Shown here piece by piece: positions 21,101-36,100 of a stretch of 64,000 nt of DNA. This DNA comes from Tubiluchus corallicola (lineage: Eukaryota; Animalia; Priapulida). The stretch's first letter is position 1; every line of letters starts with the position of its first letter. The position numbers and the translations under genes were made by a program. Under the pieces are notes generated by a model. That model worked only from the letters and a program-made list of their open reading frames with translations, was not told the DNA's origin and did not search any database. Location: NCBI GenBank assembly GCA_030141605.1, contig JAQGDQ010000121.1:1-64000 (forward strand). Reading direction: 5' to 3'.

Positions 21101-24100
21101 GTACACTACAAGCCAGCATTCGATACTTATTAATATACTAAAATTGATGGTCATGACAGGCCACATTGGTCGATTTTACAGCATCACCCAAACAGTTAGA
21201 CAGGCAAGACGCTGTGCGAAAAGCGAAAATGTCACCACTCAGTTATTCCTCCCTCTTTACCCAAGTTTATAAATTAAGTATCTTTGAATAAATATAAACA
21301 TAACCTTTTATGCTGGGGAAAGTTTGGTAAAATGTTCAGAAATATGCAGCTATTAATAGGAGTTCGTTTATACCTACAATTAATTTGGTTATTTTACTAA
21401 GCGTAAAGATAAAACAAATACCTGCAGTATGTATTTATCTGTGGGGAAGTCTGTAGTACCAGGAGGGCTAAGCTCTGGTATTGGTGTATCATCTTCAAGC
21501 GCTTTGGCATACCACTTATGAATGTACTTTTCTTCCCAGTCCTACAAGAAAAAATGTGTTTGTGTTAACTAAAATAAAAAAAATAATTTTTCGTACAAAA
21601 CAACAATGTAGCAGCATTATAATACAGGTAGTATGAGTTTAACAACAATTTGAAAAAAAAAACTAACAGTAATAAAGAAAGGCACTTAAAAGTTTGCCGT
21701 AATTCTTATCAAACACAGATAAGGAAACCCATTTGCACAGCACTAGCAAACAAGTTCATATAACTAACATTATTTATGGAAATCCTTTAATATATGACAT
21801 TAAACTAGTAGAGATGTCTCAGTCGCATTTGGCATGCATATTATACATGATACATCCTTCTTCAATAGCTCGAAAACCAATTTGGAAGATGAAACTGCCC
21901 AGAAGCTGCCCAGTCACTTGTCCATTTCCTGGGCAGGCTTGCCAATGCTCAACTTAAGTTTAATAAGCACATTTCCCATGGAAAACACTGCGATCACTCG
22001 GGTAAAATTATTAGCAATGGTAATGACTGCAAGGCAGCATATTATTTGCCATACTTAACTCTTTGTCATTCATCAAAAACTTCAACATCTGATCAAAAAC
22101 AGTGAAGTTCAAATTTTGCATAAGAATTGTGTCACATGATTAGTTTCTAAGATGTTTACAAAAAAGATGTAAAATTACTATCTAAACCCACAACAAGAAG
22201 GTGATCATTGCAACAACAATATAACAAAAGAAAGTCGCAAACACAAAGTATTTTCGTGTAATGTGAAAGAGAGGCAGCAATTTTAGGGAAACACTATAAG
22301 AATGTACTAACTTATAAAAACAGGTATGGAAAGTTATTATAGTTATAGTTATGTATATAAATATACATCAGAAAATTTAAAACCAATAATAAACTTTCAC
22401 TACTTACTAATTGATTTTCAAAGATCATGTACAAGTCGGGTGATTTGCGATTTGTATCAAAGCCTTCAGAATTTAGCATATGACCAAAATGCACACGGTT
22501 TGTAACATACATAAAGTGGTGCTGGAAAAGAAATGACATGATGTCAAAATTAAATGATTCATAGACAATACAATGCTTATCATAAAAGGACAGAAAAAAC
22601 TTTTGGTGCAATCAGTTCTGATATTTAAATGAGTGAAATATTGCCATCTAAGCTGTAATCCACAAAAATTTTGTAAAAAATTTTCTCAGCTGTAGATAAA
22701 ATCGTTATAAAATTAACTAGCTTTTTTCTTTATAGCAGTGATGGACACTTCTTCTGGAGTTAAGACTCCAGTATAATTCATCTCTCATGAGAACTCGCAT
22801 GATGAAATGGAAACAATCTTCGCAGATAGTAACTCTAACTTGTAAACGTAAAATTACATTTAATAGAATATAAGAAATAGACGCAAAATAATTTCAAGCT
22901 GTAAATACAAATACATTAATAACTGTATTTTGGTCACATACATAAATAGTTAAATACAGTAACTGACTTCAGTCAACAAAAAATTGTGTGCTTACATGTT
23001 GTCTCATATGTTCCCCAAATGCCATGTCTGCATCCAAAAGTTTGTAGATATAAGGCTTCAATGGCGAAATCTGTTTTACTCGATCACCTCTAATCATGTA
23101 GCATGTGTGAACCAGGGCAATGTTCCACACACCACTGAAATGTAGAAGTTTATAATTAGAAATAGGAGGAGTTGAAAATCTATGATAATATGAAAACACG
23201 TCAAAGCTTAATAATGTGACGTCATTCAAAAAAAGACTGGTATGAATAATTTTATATGAAAAAATTTGCTTGAACAATATGATGACCTATGACACCAAAT
23301 GTACATAAGGTAGCTCACCCAATGCAGAACATTCAGCTAGAACAAATGTAAAAGCTGGCTCCTCCTCTAAAGTGAACACAATTATCACAGGTAAACATAG
23401 TAAACAGAGAAAACAATGATGAACTAGAATGGAAGTACCAATGTGCTTGGATCCAGAACATCCCATTTGCTCATTTCTTGTAAAGTTAATGGTTTCAATA
23501 AGAAACTCATTGGAAGCATTTACTGTTGTCACGGGAAACAGTTTTTCAGTAAAAATTTAGAATACCCATTGCTATGGCAGATCCACTTATACATTAGAAT
23601 GAAAGAATTTCTAGCAATGTAACAATTATAGGGCAGATCCATTTGGTCAGCAAAGGGTGATCAATAAAACAGGCATATTTTGGGGAAGGGAAAAATCGGG
23701 CTCCAATACGGTGATAGTTTTCAAAGACAAATGTGACAACAACAATAACAACAGGACTAAAAGCTTTAGAGATCTCGCCCTTTGTGCCGGATGCCCAAAT
23801 CTAAGCTCCAACAATGCACAAACTGAACTCACACATTTGTATGCAGCTACAATATACATATATATATATATATATAACACACAATAAACATCACTTATAT
23901 CACAAGTACCAAATAATTATAACAGAAAAATTACTGTATGAACGTTAAATGCTTCTGGATTTCAAATTAATTCGAATGCAGCAAACATGGCATAAAAAGA
24001 AACTTAAACACAGTGAACAAAGTCGAAGGTATCATAATTAAATAATCAGAACCACCCACATACAGGCTGTCAATGGAAGCTTCTCCTATTACCACATGCA

Positions 24101-27100
24101 CTTAAGCCGAACGGGCATAACCATATTGACTAAGTAAAGCAATATTATTATGAAGTTAGGCTACATAATCTATCGCGGCTAAGCAGCCAGAACAAAACTA
24201 ATGTTCTTAATAAAAGTATTCGGTATATGCAGAGGAAGTCATGCAGATTTTCTCAGGGAAGACACTACACAGATATTGGCAGAAGTCGAATTCATAATGA
24301 AAGTAACACCAAGTTTGACCTTATAAAAAAGCTACCAGATATGTTTTCACGCAGAAAGTCATATAGAACCCATCACAGAAGTACAAACGCACTGAAATAC
24401 TATACAATTATCTCAGACCTTTACCAAAAAAGGGCAAACAAAACAAAGTATAAAGTAAATTGAATAGCACCAACGAATTATCAGTAATGAAGCTACCTAA
24501 AATTTAAACCGAAAACACCTACAAAGTCTGCAGAAGCCATATAGAAACCATCACGTATGGAAATAAATAGAAACTATCACAGGGAAGCCATGTAGAAACT
24601 TAGAAAAACGACCAGAGAAGAAGGTTCGAAACTGTGGAAGAAAGAACACATGTGGAAACTCGGAGTTTGCTAGTATGCTCATTTCCACATAAAAACCCTT
24701 GAATCCTCATAAATTTATTGAAGAAACCATCTCCTTGCACAACCTTCATGGAAATATAGAAGTGTGCAGAAGTTTCACAAAAACCATGTATTAGTTCTCA
24801 GCAAGAAAGCTAAGCGCAGGAAGCCATACAGAGAAAGCTACGTGTAGAAACAGATAAAGAAAACATATAGATAACCCCAGAAAGAATATTATGCAGCCAT
24901 CCACAGTTCTCAAAACAATAAAAGCCGAACTCAATAGGAGAAAAGTGTACTAAGAAATGTCCTTTTCTTAAATCAGGCCCTAAAGAAGCCCTACAACACT
25001 CAAGGAGAGTACACGCTATTTTCCATGTTTAATGAGGCAACTCAAGGATATTCACTACTTCGTTTTTTAGATATTTTCACATTACACAATCAGAGTTTGA
25101 ACAGTATACATTCAATGATTAGTGATGTCAATCGGACTGTTTAGGTACACATGCTAATTATGGGCTAATTATAATCTTGTCTCGTACAGTTAAAATTTCT
25201 TGAATTTGGAAGATTTTCCATGCTAATTATTACTATTGCGACAACACCCATTCAGGCGAATTACCAGTTTTATTATCTGTATTAATCAGATGGTGATGAA
25301 CCTTTTAATGACACAAGGGTGAATGGTTTGAGCGTCATGTTCTGCAAACAATGGTCCAAAAAGTAATGACACTAGAAAAATGATACCTCTAAGATTATAA
25401 CACTCTGTGCTTACTTAGTTTTAGATAAACGTCAAAAAAACTTTGACTGTCCAAGGAAAGAAGCTAAAACATACATTGCAAATCTTTTATCAAGTTCTGC
25501 ATTTCAACCTAAATGGGCATGCGACGCAGCACACCCTCACCCCACGGGAAATGAGTTCTTCTGCAGCATGCAAAGATTCATCTGGAGAATCCGTAAAGTT
25601 TCTCCAAGCTGAATTGACGCCAGGAGTGCGATTATGAAGTGAAGGCAGCAAAGAGAGCGAACTGCGTAGGATACATGTTCCCAGGTAAGAATTTTACAAT
25701 AGAATAATTTCAGCTTTTGAGCAAAGATGTTATCAGTAATTAATTAGTGATCGAATTAGTTTTGTCAAGTCAAGTTTACACAAGTTTTTGTTGAGAACTT
25801 ATGGTTTCTAGAAAAAGTTTATTATCTTGTAACTGCATTATTAAAAATTATAAAAGCAAAAATCAAAATGTGCACATATTTAAACAATTAGCAACTAACA
25901 AGTGAACCTGAAGTGGTATTAGAAATTTTCTTTCTAAACTGCAAAAACAGATCTATGCGAAATTAAAACGCGCTTTCATTAGCAGTTACATCAAAGGACT
26001 AAAATTTATTTGGAACTTGGATACCGCTGTCAGAAAGCATTACTATTTTACATCATTTAACCGAGCCAAAGTTCTGCCAAAAGAAAAAGTTGTGTGAAAA
26101 GAAAAAATAGTTTCAAAGATAAAAGTAAACACCATAGTTTTTGTAAGGTATGTGTGTGTGTACAGTTGGATATCATAACATGTGTTAATTCACATAATAA
26201 ATGCCTTAGTGCGGAAAAATATATAGTGTTCAAAGAAGTATTTTGTTGAGCTACAAAATTGACACGTTTTTTTAATAAAGCAACATTTTACTTGCTGGAA
26301 AAGCATAATGCAAAAACAATAGAAATCTCTCCCTACATAATTTAAACACATGACAAAAAAAATTCAGTGGGAGATAGCAGCAACACACTGCTTATCATGA
26401 AAATAAGGTGGCATATCCAAAGGCACTTTTTAACTAGCTCACGAAAATGACAACCTGAACAACATCGAAAATTTGTCTGTAAAGAAACCTGGCAAACTTT
26501 TGTGGGCGTATTCATGTCTATAAAATGTACCAATTAATTATCATTTGTGTGTTGAAATGCTTGTGGGTTTCTAGGCTAAAAAATGTATATTCCTAACGTT
26601 TTTAATGTTTAAAAATGGGTGAGAGCAGTGTAAGAGCCATGTGCATTGCTTTGCCCAGACCTATAACATTCTTCAGTGTTCTCCGTGACTCCTATGAATA
26701 AAACACGAAAAAGGCGCCTGTGACATTACATCCCTCAAATTTACAGGAAAATGATTCTGAGAAAACGCCCGTTTTGAGCTCTATGCTTCTACGTCCTGGC
26801 TTCGCGATATCATAAAATTTAAATTGTAAATATTTGGCGTGGAAAACTTCAATTGGGAACAAATATGTATGTAATGGTGAACTAGTGGAAAACATGACGC
26901 AGTAAGAAAATTTACTGCTAACGCGAAGCTGTTTTGTCATAAATATCAGCGAAACCAGATCAAGTCGGCCGTTGAATAAACTGCTGCACAACACATTCCC
27001 TTTCAATGCTCCTGGTTCAGCCTGGTTGTTTACGTTTACCGGATTTTATTTACAGTTTCTCAACAACCCCTACAAGACGTCTCCCATAAAACGCGTGCTA

Positions 27101-30100
27101 GATTTGATCAAACAACTATCTTAATAGGGGTGGGATGAAATTCTATAGTAGAAGCATTTCTGACGTTTGACAAATTAGAACATAGTTCATTATCAATGGC
27201 CGAAATTTCAACCAATAAATAATCCACTGAGGTATTATTTAGACAGTTACGTAGGTCAGCTGGATGTAGTACTGAAGTAGGATTAGCGAACTGTCTGCTG
27301 TAAGCTTAGTGTTTGTAATTGCTGTCTATGTTTCTGTTGGGTATAGTCACCTACTTTTATGCGATATATTTGTTTGTAAAGTGACAATAGCTACACATTT
27401 ACTTACACATCTGTATCCAGAACAATAGCAATTGCATGGATGACCAAGTTCACCATGTATATGTAAATTTGTTCATATATTAATAGTATTTGGACAATTT
27501 AAACTGTATTTGGAATTTGCCCAACAGTTATGGTTTTTTATCAATAAACGAATAATTGTTAAATGTAATGGCCAAATGTCGCATTGTGTTTATTATACAG
27601 TAATGCTACACTATTAGTAATGGTGACACAAACGGATAATATTTCATTTTAATTCAGATTTTCTCAGAAGCGGCTGTTTTACTATTTCACATGTAGTGCA
27701 TGTACAGTCATTGCAGGCACTGTATCTTACGGGCAAACCTGCGCCAGTATAAGGCATCAAAATTTAACGGGCTCTCCCTTGCCCATACCCCACGAAAAAT
27801 CAAATTTACATGTCATGACAAGGGTGTTGAGGTAATTAGTGTAATTATCATAGTTTCATACCAACCACAAAACACAGAAATAATAACACTAAAAGAAATT
27901 ATTGATCAATATGGCATCTCAGTTTTCACAAAACACAAGTGTTGAACTGAGCTGAAAACTGAATGTGATAAAATCTCAGAATGTCAGAAATGCACACTAA
28001 CAACCATGAAGCAAATCAGGAAGTTCCGAAAGTCAATCAAATGAAAGTTCCAATTTTCAGATTCACAGGAGGTTAATTAAAGGCAATGACAAGCTGTGAT
28101 TCGATTCCACTACCTAAAGTTTATCATCTCTGTGTCCTGGCATATAAATGAAATCTTAAGCGCTTCTTGAATTAAGCCTGTTGGTTATTTGAACAAGTGC
28201 AACTCAAACAACAGTATAATGCGGATGAAACTGCAAAGTCTGATCCGAGGAAAAAGTAAAAACAAAAGATGACAGACAAAATGAAAGACCTTGTTTGTCT
28301 AATTTCTTTTTTCCTGCGATCAATAATTTAAGATCTGATGACAAAATAACTTCATCTCCAGAAATACCCAGTTTGCCAGTGTAAGACTAAGTGTCTTGCA
28401 GATAACATCTAAAATGATTACATTGTACAGTGAGAGCGCATGTCCCGCACGTGTAGTAAATGATATGCTAGTTTGCCAAAAATGCTCATTAAATTTTGTA
28501 TAGTGCAAGTCAAAGCAAAAGTAGCTCTGCCTGTTTTTTAGTGCAATAACAGAGCTAGTAATAGTAATTTTTGCATAAAGTCGTGACGATAATCGACAAG
28601 AAAAGGAAAGCCATTTTAATAGTGACAACCCACCAGAATAATGGGTAATCATCCAACGGTCAACTATACATTAATTTCTATCTACACTATCATAACTACT
28701 AGATGTGGATTACACCTTAGCAAAGTCTGACTAACAACTGACTACATACACTATAGAATTCCTGCCACCTATTCTAATTCTTTAGGTTTGTTGAGAACAT
28801 GGCAACCTACACACCTTGAAATAGCATTCCAACTAAATTTTTGTTACGTTGCACCATCTAGCACAACATTATGAAGTGTGGCACATGGTTTATTTCTAAG
28901 CTACTGTAGTTCTATGTAACCAGATGTACACAGTATTTTTAATGAGAATGTGAATGATTGTACTGTTTATTTATTTTTCAGACTGAGCCATACGCACATA
29001 GCAACTGCAAGGTTAATAAAATTAAGAGACTAACACGGACGAATTGATTTCTTTCCATAACTTAAGTTGGCAAAAGTGTGTTAACTACTAATAATACACA
29101 GAAACAGCAAAGTGAGGATAACTCAGATAACTTTGCACTTACTATAATAACAGAAGCAATACTCAAAGAAGTTGTGATAATACAGAGTACTACGGATGTA
29201 ACTGAAAAATAATTGATGTTGTAGCACAAGTGATTCACAATTATTGCTACAACAAATTTTTTGCTACTGTACATAGAACAAAGGTATAAAAATTCGGATA
29301 TAAAGGAACTTTAACATGGTCAGTTCAAAGAAAGAACTTTCAGTGGAAGTGATGCTTGTGGCGGTACTGCTTTATCTGATGATGGGCGTAGTGTTCTCAG
29401 AAAGGCCAAGGACGATGGCAGCAAGATACAGAGATGAATGCCGAGGCTCGGTAAGAATGCACTGAAATAACAATATAGCATCACTACCATCATTACTGAA
29501 ACATAATTTCTATGAGGGAATGTTGCAAAACAGGTGCAAAATTTGTGATCACTGGCAAGAAATCCCTTTTTATTGTAGACAAATAATAGAAATATCATTT
29601 TTTTACAATTACATGCTACACGTTTGCTTGCACTCAAATAGGTATCTGTCAAAAACAGAATGTGGCTGACTTGTTAAAGGGGAAGGAAAGAGATTTTAAA
29701 GTAAAGCCCAAAAAACTTTCCACACAAAGTTGCATTGCTTTGCATTATGCTTACTTGTTTGAAAGACATAAGTTATTGAAAAAAAATTCTTCATAGTTTA
29801 AAATATTCACAAGTGGTAAGACATCATTGTATCACCATCCCAGGGTACACCACTGCTTTACCAAAAAACTTTTTTCAAACGACCTACCAGAAAAATGGCT
29901 GCACTTAAAGAACATCAGCTCTTTATGCAGTATGTTGCATAAAATTTCAGAGCTTTTTTGAAAGAGTTTTAAACCTTTATTTATGAAAAGTGTTTTCTTG
30001 CCTTTTAAAGATAAATCAGAGGTAAACCAATTTTATCTAAAACTCGAAAAAAATGGTTTGCACAATATGCTGCAAAATCACCTATGCAGCAAATTGAAGA

Positions 30101-33100
30101 ACTCTGTTCTTTTCAGCAAAGGCCGGCAACAATTGTCAGCAGTTCTGTGTGGGCACAAAGCTTTTACATAGGAGACAAAATCAAACTTATGTGCTTTGCT
30201 TGTGGTCGCCCTCGTCCAAAGATTACCTGGTACACAGACGGACAGGAGATAATATTCCGTCCAAACATGAGAGTATGTGAAGTAGAATATTAGCATTTAG
30301 TTTATTGTATAACTATAGAATCATCATAACTATCTTCATGACTTTCACTGTTAGCAACACTATTCTTCATACAGTGATTGCAAGTGCTTATTTCATATCA
30401 ATTGTAAAGTTGTAAATAGTAAATATTCTGAACAGCAGCTCTGACAACAATGAACATAAAATCCAGCTTACACAGAATGATTGATATTCATGCTAAACTT
30501 AATAACAAATGTGAGAGGTCAGTAATACAATATACTGATCAGGTAAACGTAATCTCAAGGTTGCTGATTCGAATCTAATCTCTGGCGTTCTGACTTGATT
30601 ACATCCTCAGATAAGATAGCTTGCTAATGAATCTTCCATAAAGCCTTCAATCTCTTTGCTCTCAGATGGGAAGATGACATGGGACTTAAATGAATACTTA
30701 ATGTTTATTAAAGGGCAAATCACATTAAATCACATATTTTTTTAATGATGACAAGCTTTCCGTTTTAGGTAACAGAGTACAGGTACAACCGAAATAAAAT
30801 TAAGAGCTATCTAGAAATTGACCCAGCAACAGAGTCCAATGCTGGAGAATTCATGTGCCGGGCAAGCAACCGTAATGACTACGATGAACGGATTATTACT
30901 ATGACGGCATTGTACCCAAACGTACAAGGTAATACTGGATAAACACGATAACTGAAGAGTGAAAAACTAAAAATTTTAAATTTTAATCGCTAGTATTTCT
31001 CAAAGTCTAATGTGGTTAGAATACGTCAAATAATACAACATACTAACTGAGTGAGTGAAGAGTGTACAAACCTACTTAGTATATTTACTATTATTATTAA
31101 TATTTTTACACTCTAATATAATGACTATATATTAGCATGTAATTATGTCGGAAGACATTAATAAAATAAAAGGTATGTAATTAATATGACTGAATGTGTG
31201 AGATTATTTCTTGCCTCATTTCAGTGAAAGCAAAATAATGTTAGGTCATCTGATAATTAAAATACATCTCTGTAAATATTAAAGAAGGTTAGGTAGGAAG
31301 GAGCTGAATGTTGATTGCAGCAAATAAAAACATAAACAATTAAATAAAAAATGCAAACATCTGAACTTGTGCCTAGGAGTTATTCTGCCAAGAAGATTAA
31401 TTAAGCCAGAATCAGGCTGCCAATTTGCTGGAAGCTTCTACACAGAAAAACACACATATCTAAACATATAAAAGGCTGACGGTGAACACAAAACCTTGCA
31501 CTTAGTGCAAAACCTTAGCACTTAATTAATAACAGATTTTCAAGATAAAGGCAAGACTCCCGCTGAAAGTTTTTTTTTCGTTGGAATTCTTAATCAGAAC
31601 AACTTCAAATATGCTTAGTCACAGGCAGCAGTAAAAGCTACAGCAGTAGGCAAATGGCTTACAAATGTTTGGGTTCACGCTAAAATGGTGTTCCGGCGGA
31701 TCTCTGACTTTCCAGCCACTAATTTTCTCCATTAACAAACACTTGTACAGGATTTTCTTAAATTGCCTTTGTCAGTTAACAAGAGCCCTATTGACTAACT
31801 TTTGAAATCAAATTTGGCTAAAAGGAAGAAAAATTTACATTTTGAAAAAACTTGTGAAGAAAGTTTATGTTTTTTTCTTCCCGTTGGTTTAGCTTATATC
31901 AAAAGTTTACTACTAGTGATCCACCAACTTTCAAGTCAAATAATAAAATTTATTCACAAACTCTCTTTTATACTGAGAAAAGAAGTAAAATCCACACAGA
32001 AGCAAACTAACAGCAGTGGGAAAGCATACCAGTCTTAGTTACTGTTTGTTTTTTAGGACATGCATAAAATGCAAATATTTTATTATCTCAAAACTTTAGT
32101 GGAACACAACTGACGTAAATTAAAGGATGACAATTTTCCCATCAAACTGCATTAAAATACTGGGTACGATCGTATTAATAATAACAAAAATATGTACGGT
32201 TAAATAGGCATAATCAAGTAATTTAAAATGCCCCCTTAATACGTTAAATTTGCTTTCGTTTTAGTAACTATGATTACATCAAAAATTAACAATACTAATG
32301 TGCACTAATTTCATTTTGCACTTGCATTCTTTTAAGCTAGAAAAATATGACAATGTTAAAACTGTGCTGTAGATATAGTTCATTATGATTAAATTTTTGC
32401 ATATTGGATTATATTTTAAGTGAAATACTAAATGCTACTTTTTGATTGCTAATGCTGGAATAAGATGACTAACAACACGGTATGTTACCCTTAAGTCTGT
32501 AGAACACAATGCATGCTAATTGTGCATTTTAACTTGCAGGATGATTTACTGGAACTAGACTGGTACTGGAATAACCTGACTAACAACATGCTACCTCACA
32601 AACTGCTATAAAGATAGGCATGAAAAGAGCTGATAGAGTTGAAAAAAGACGAGCATATCATATGGCTCGTTTTCATTTTTCTTTTTTGAGAAAACACAAA
32701 AAGGAATAAAAGTTAATGTTACAAAGTGTTACACTGAATCAGCCTAAAGATCAATCTTTTAAACTGTCAGTGTGTACAAATATAGAAAATTTATGAGAAG
32801 GTTCAATGTGTACGTATAAGAGTCAAAGCTTTATCGTTTAAACAGTTTAATTTAAACTTCAGATGGTGAAGTATGAAGCATTATCAGCTGGCTAAGTAGT
32901 TACAGTAAAAATATTTGAATTGCGCAAAACTTTTAAATTTTGAATATCAATCAATTGACACTAATAAGCAAAATCATTTTTATTACAAATTTTACACCAG
33001 AATCAATTTCACCTGTTCAAAAAGTTAGCGAAAATAAAAAAATGAAATCTGAATAATTCTTCATAAACTTACATTTTTCTTTTTTCCACGATGTCTACAT

Positions 33101-36100
33101 AATCTTCTGATCGAGCATAAAAGCTTTCCTCAGTCAGTGCACCCCAAAAGTTTGACCACAGCTTGCCAGGTCGTACCAAAACTGGACCTAATACTGGCCT
33201 GCAAAATACGAGATACATATAGCCATAAAGTTTGTTAGCAAAAGTATTTGTGCTTTATTCAATAAGCAATGTTAAAAGGTAAGAAAAATTACTTTTCTAA
33301 GTGCTTAAATGGCATAACTTTTAAAGCACTTAGTCATTGTCAGAAAAATGTTAGGAACTACACTGTGTTCTATCCAATAATATTAAAACACATCTTTTCA
33401 GTTGAATTTTCCACCATCTGACTTGTATTTCATATACGCATAAATTTCAATCATGATTGCATTACTAATAACAGATTAGTTTATGAATACATAAAACCAC
33501 AAACAGGTTATTTGGTCAACCTTAAATAGCGTGAAAGCCCCGTCATAACGGTTGACAATTATGAAGACCCACTTGTGATGCTGCGAAATAAATTCATCGA
33601 TGATCATGGCAAAATAAAAAAAGAATTGCTTCTTCATTGCTGTCATTGGCTTCTTTCCTACTGTTCTACAATTCCTAGGAACGTGGTTGCATCCTCACAA
33701 ACAAACAAGTCCGAAATTAAGGCTGATGCAAGTATGACCATATTACGTCTACTACGTCTACAGAGACATTAGCACGATGGAGTAAATCTCGTAATACGAT
33801 TACACCATCCAAACCAAGCCCATACTGCATTTCTATGCTCATCTACTTCTTCCGCGATCTCATGAATATGACTTTGAATATGTTCAAAATGTTTCTGTGA
33901 CCATAAAGACCTTCAAGATTATAATGCATTTCTAACATTTCAACTGCGCCGTTACTAAGAACTAGAAGACCTCGGTTCTAGGGCTAATTTTCAAGGTCGC
34001 AGAGAGCTTTTCTGTGAAGGGACAGGGGTTGAAAGGGCAGTAAAAATGGTTAATATAAAAAGTTGTATTGAACTATAGTCAAAAAGTAAACTGTAAAAAT
34101 TTTGTTGCCATTGAATGTTCAGTGCAACTTAATGAAAAACTGAAAACGTGCCCATTCATTGTGGAAAAAATTATTATGCAATATTTTCCAAATAAAAATA
34201 TATTGCAAGATGTATATTAGATGGCAATAACGGGCAAGAAAATGTCGATGCCATAAAAACCTAAGGTGAGGTGTCCAACCGGGAGATGACATAATTAATC
34301 TAAAACGCGTTAATGTATTACTACTATCTAATGTTACAAAGCCCAGAAAGAATTGGAAAGAAGCTGCACACTGTCAGAAGACCCTGGCATACTATCTATA
34401 GGCCATTTTAGCATTTAATTTCAAACGGAAAACTTTTTAATATGAATTTAGAATGTCCTCAGAAACAAGCAATGAGTTTAGTACTGTTTTAAACATAGAA
34501 AACAAGAATCAATAAATTTAGTTTAGTAAACAAAAATGTTCAAAACCAAAATAGGTATACAGCAATCAACAGAATCAGATAAATACGGTAGCTAACACAT
34601 CACAAAGGTTTTTCTATATGAAATGAAACACTACCCTGATTCGCCGTGGTATATACTATTAATTAATCGTACTTACAAATTTTGCTCAATCAGTAACTGG
34701 ATTGTTTGCGGATTGACAAGCTGTGCTTCTGAGTCGACAACAAACAAGAAGTCGCAATTCTTCTCAACACAGTGATCCCTGTTTTAAAACAAAATATAAA
34801 TTGTACATTTAAAGCTAGAATTTAAATGAAGCTAAAAAATTAACAGCAATGATTCACAATTAAAATGTAAACCATAAATGCTACTGTTAATGCACTGCTA
34901 TTCCACTTGAAAGCTCCACAATGCATTACACGAAATGTAGTACAAATAAAGGTGCAGATTACCTGTACAAAAAAGGACTGACATACATTAATGTATTGGT
35001 GATGCCTATTAACACATTTGGGACGATGGAATGAAGTCACAATCAACAAATTTTTGAAATTATAACCTTGTCGAAAAGGAAAAAACGTGCAAAAGGTAGG
35101 ATAGAATCTGCATTTTAAAACTTTTCGACATAACATATGTCTCTAACAGATTTTGTAGCCCAGGATGTTTAAAACGTCAATTCCTATACATAACCAAAAG
35201 ATGAAAACTGCTGTTGGTACTCAACAACATTTTGGACCAAAATAATGAAAGGAATTTAGAAAAGTCATTTTGCTGCAAAAAGTGACTATACCCTACTCAA
35301 AAAAAATGCTGTTTGATGTTTTGGCCACAGATCCCAACATTTCTCGTAAGAAAATTCCCAATTTCACTAAATGCCTAGAAACGACGTAAAGCCAAATTTA
35401 AAGAAAATTATATTATAAGGGCAAACAATATGAAGTGCATAATGTCAACAGGCATTACTTACAAAGCTGCATTTCTTGCAAGCCATTCAGTAACTCCTTC
35501 CTCAGCATTTATAATCCTAATGCTCCTATACTGACTGCCATATTGTTCAATAAATTCCGCAATCTGAGGCACATGGAATTCAACCTGAAATATTGATTAA
35601 TGTTAATTATTTACACATTAACTGTAACAATAACTGCTAATCATTAATTTGTAATAGCCTGCATAGCTAACGATTAGTAAGAAAAACTAATTTAATGGCT
35701 TGGTGTATTTTTTGTTAAAAGCTTAAATCCGGTATATTATTTTAGGCAAGTAATAAAAAGATACAGTAAAACAAACTAATAGCATAAACTGCTAGAAAAA
35801 GGTACTAGAAATAAAATATATAAAAACTTCAAAACAATAAGACATCTTTCAAAAGTAATGTAATGCGTAAACACTCACATTAGACTGGACATAATCCAAG
35901 CTTCAACAACCAGCAGAGTAAAGACAAAATTATAGAACAGAACAATTTCCAAAGAATATCTGTTCATCTCAGTGCTCATCTCTAGTAGATAATCAAGTGT
36001 TACTAATACAATATTCTGCCTGCCAGTCCATAATGCTTTCACTGTATAAAATTATATTCCCGACAAAAAAGATACGCAACTAAACCCATGTGTAAAACTG

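Noticed and set aside
25443-25690. GC-richer patch with a strong donor CAG|GTAAGA as first coding exon of the nested gene
   Set aside because: No frame links it productively to the downstream exons; it may be a UTR exon but is unsupported.
28780-29070. Exon-like segments with acceptors, possibly more Ig exons
   Set aside because: Stops in all frames and no consistent phase with the Ig exons.
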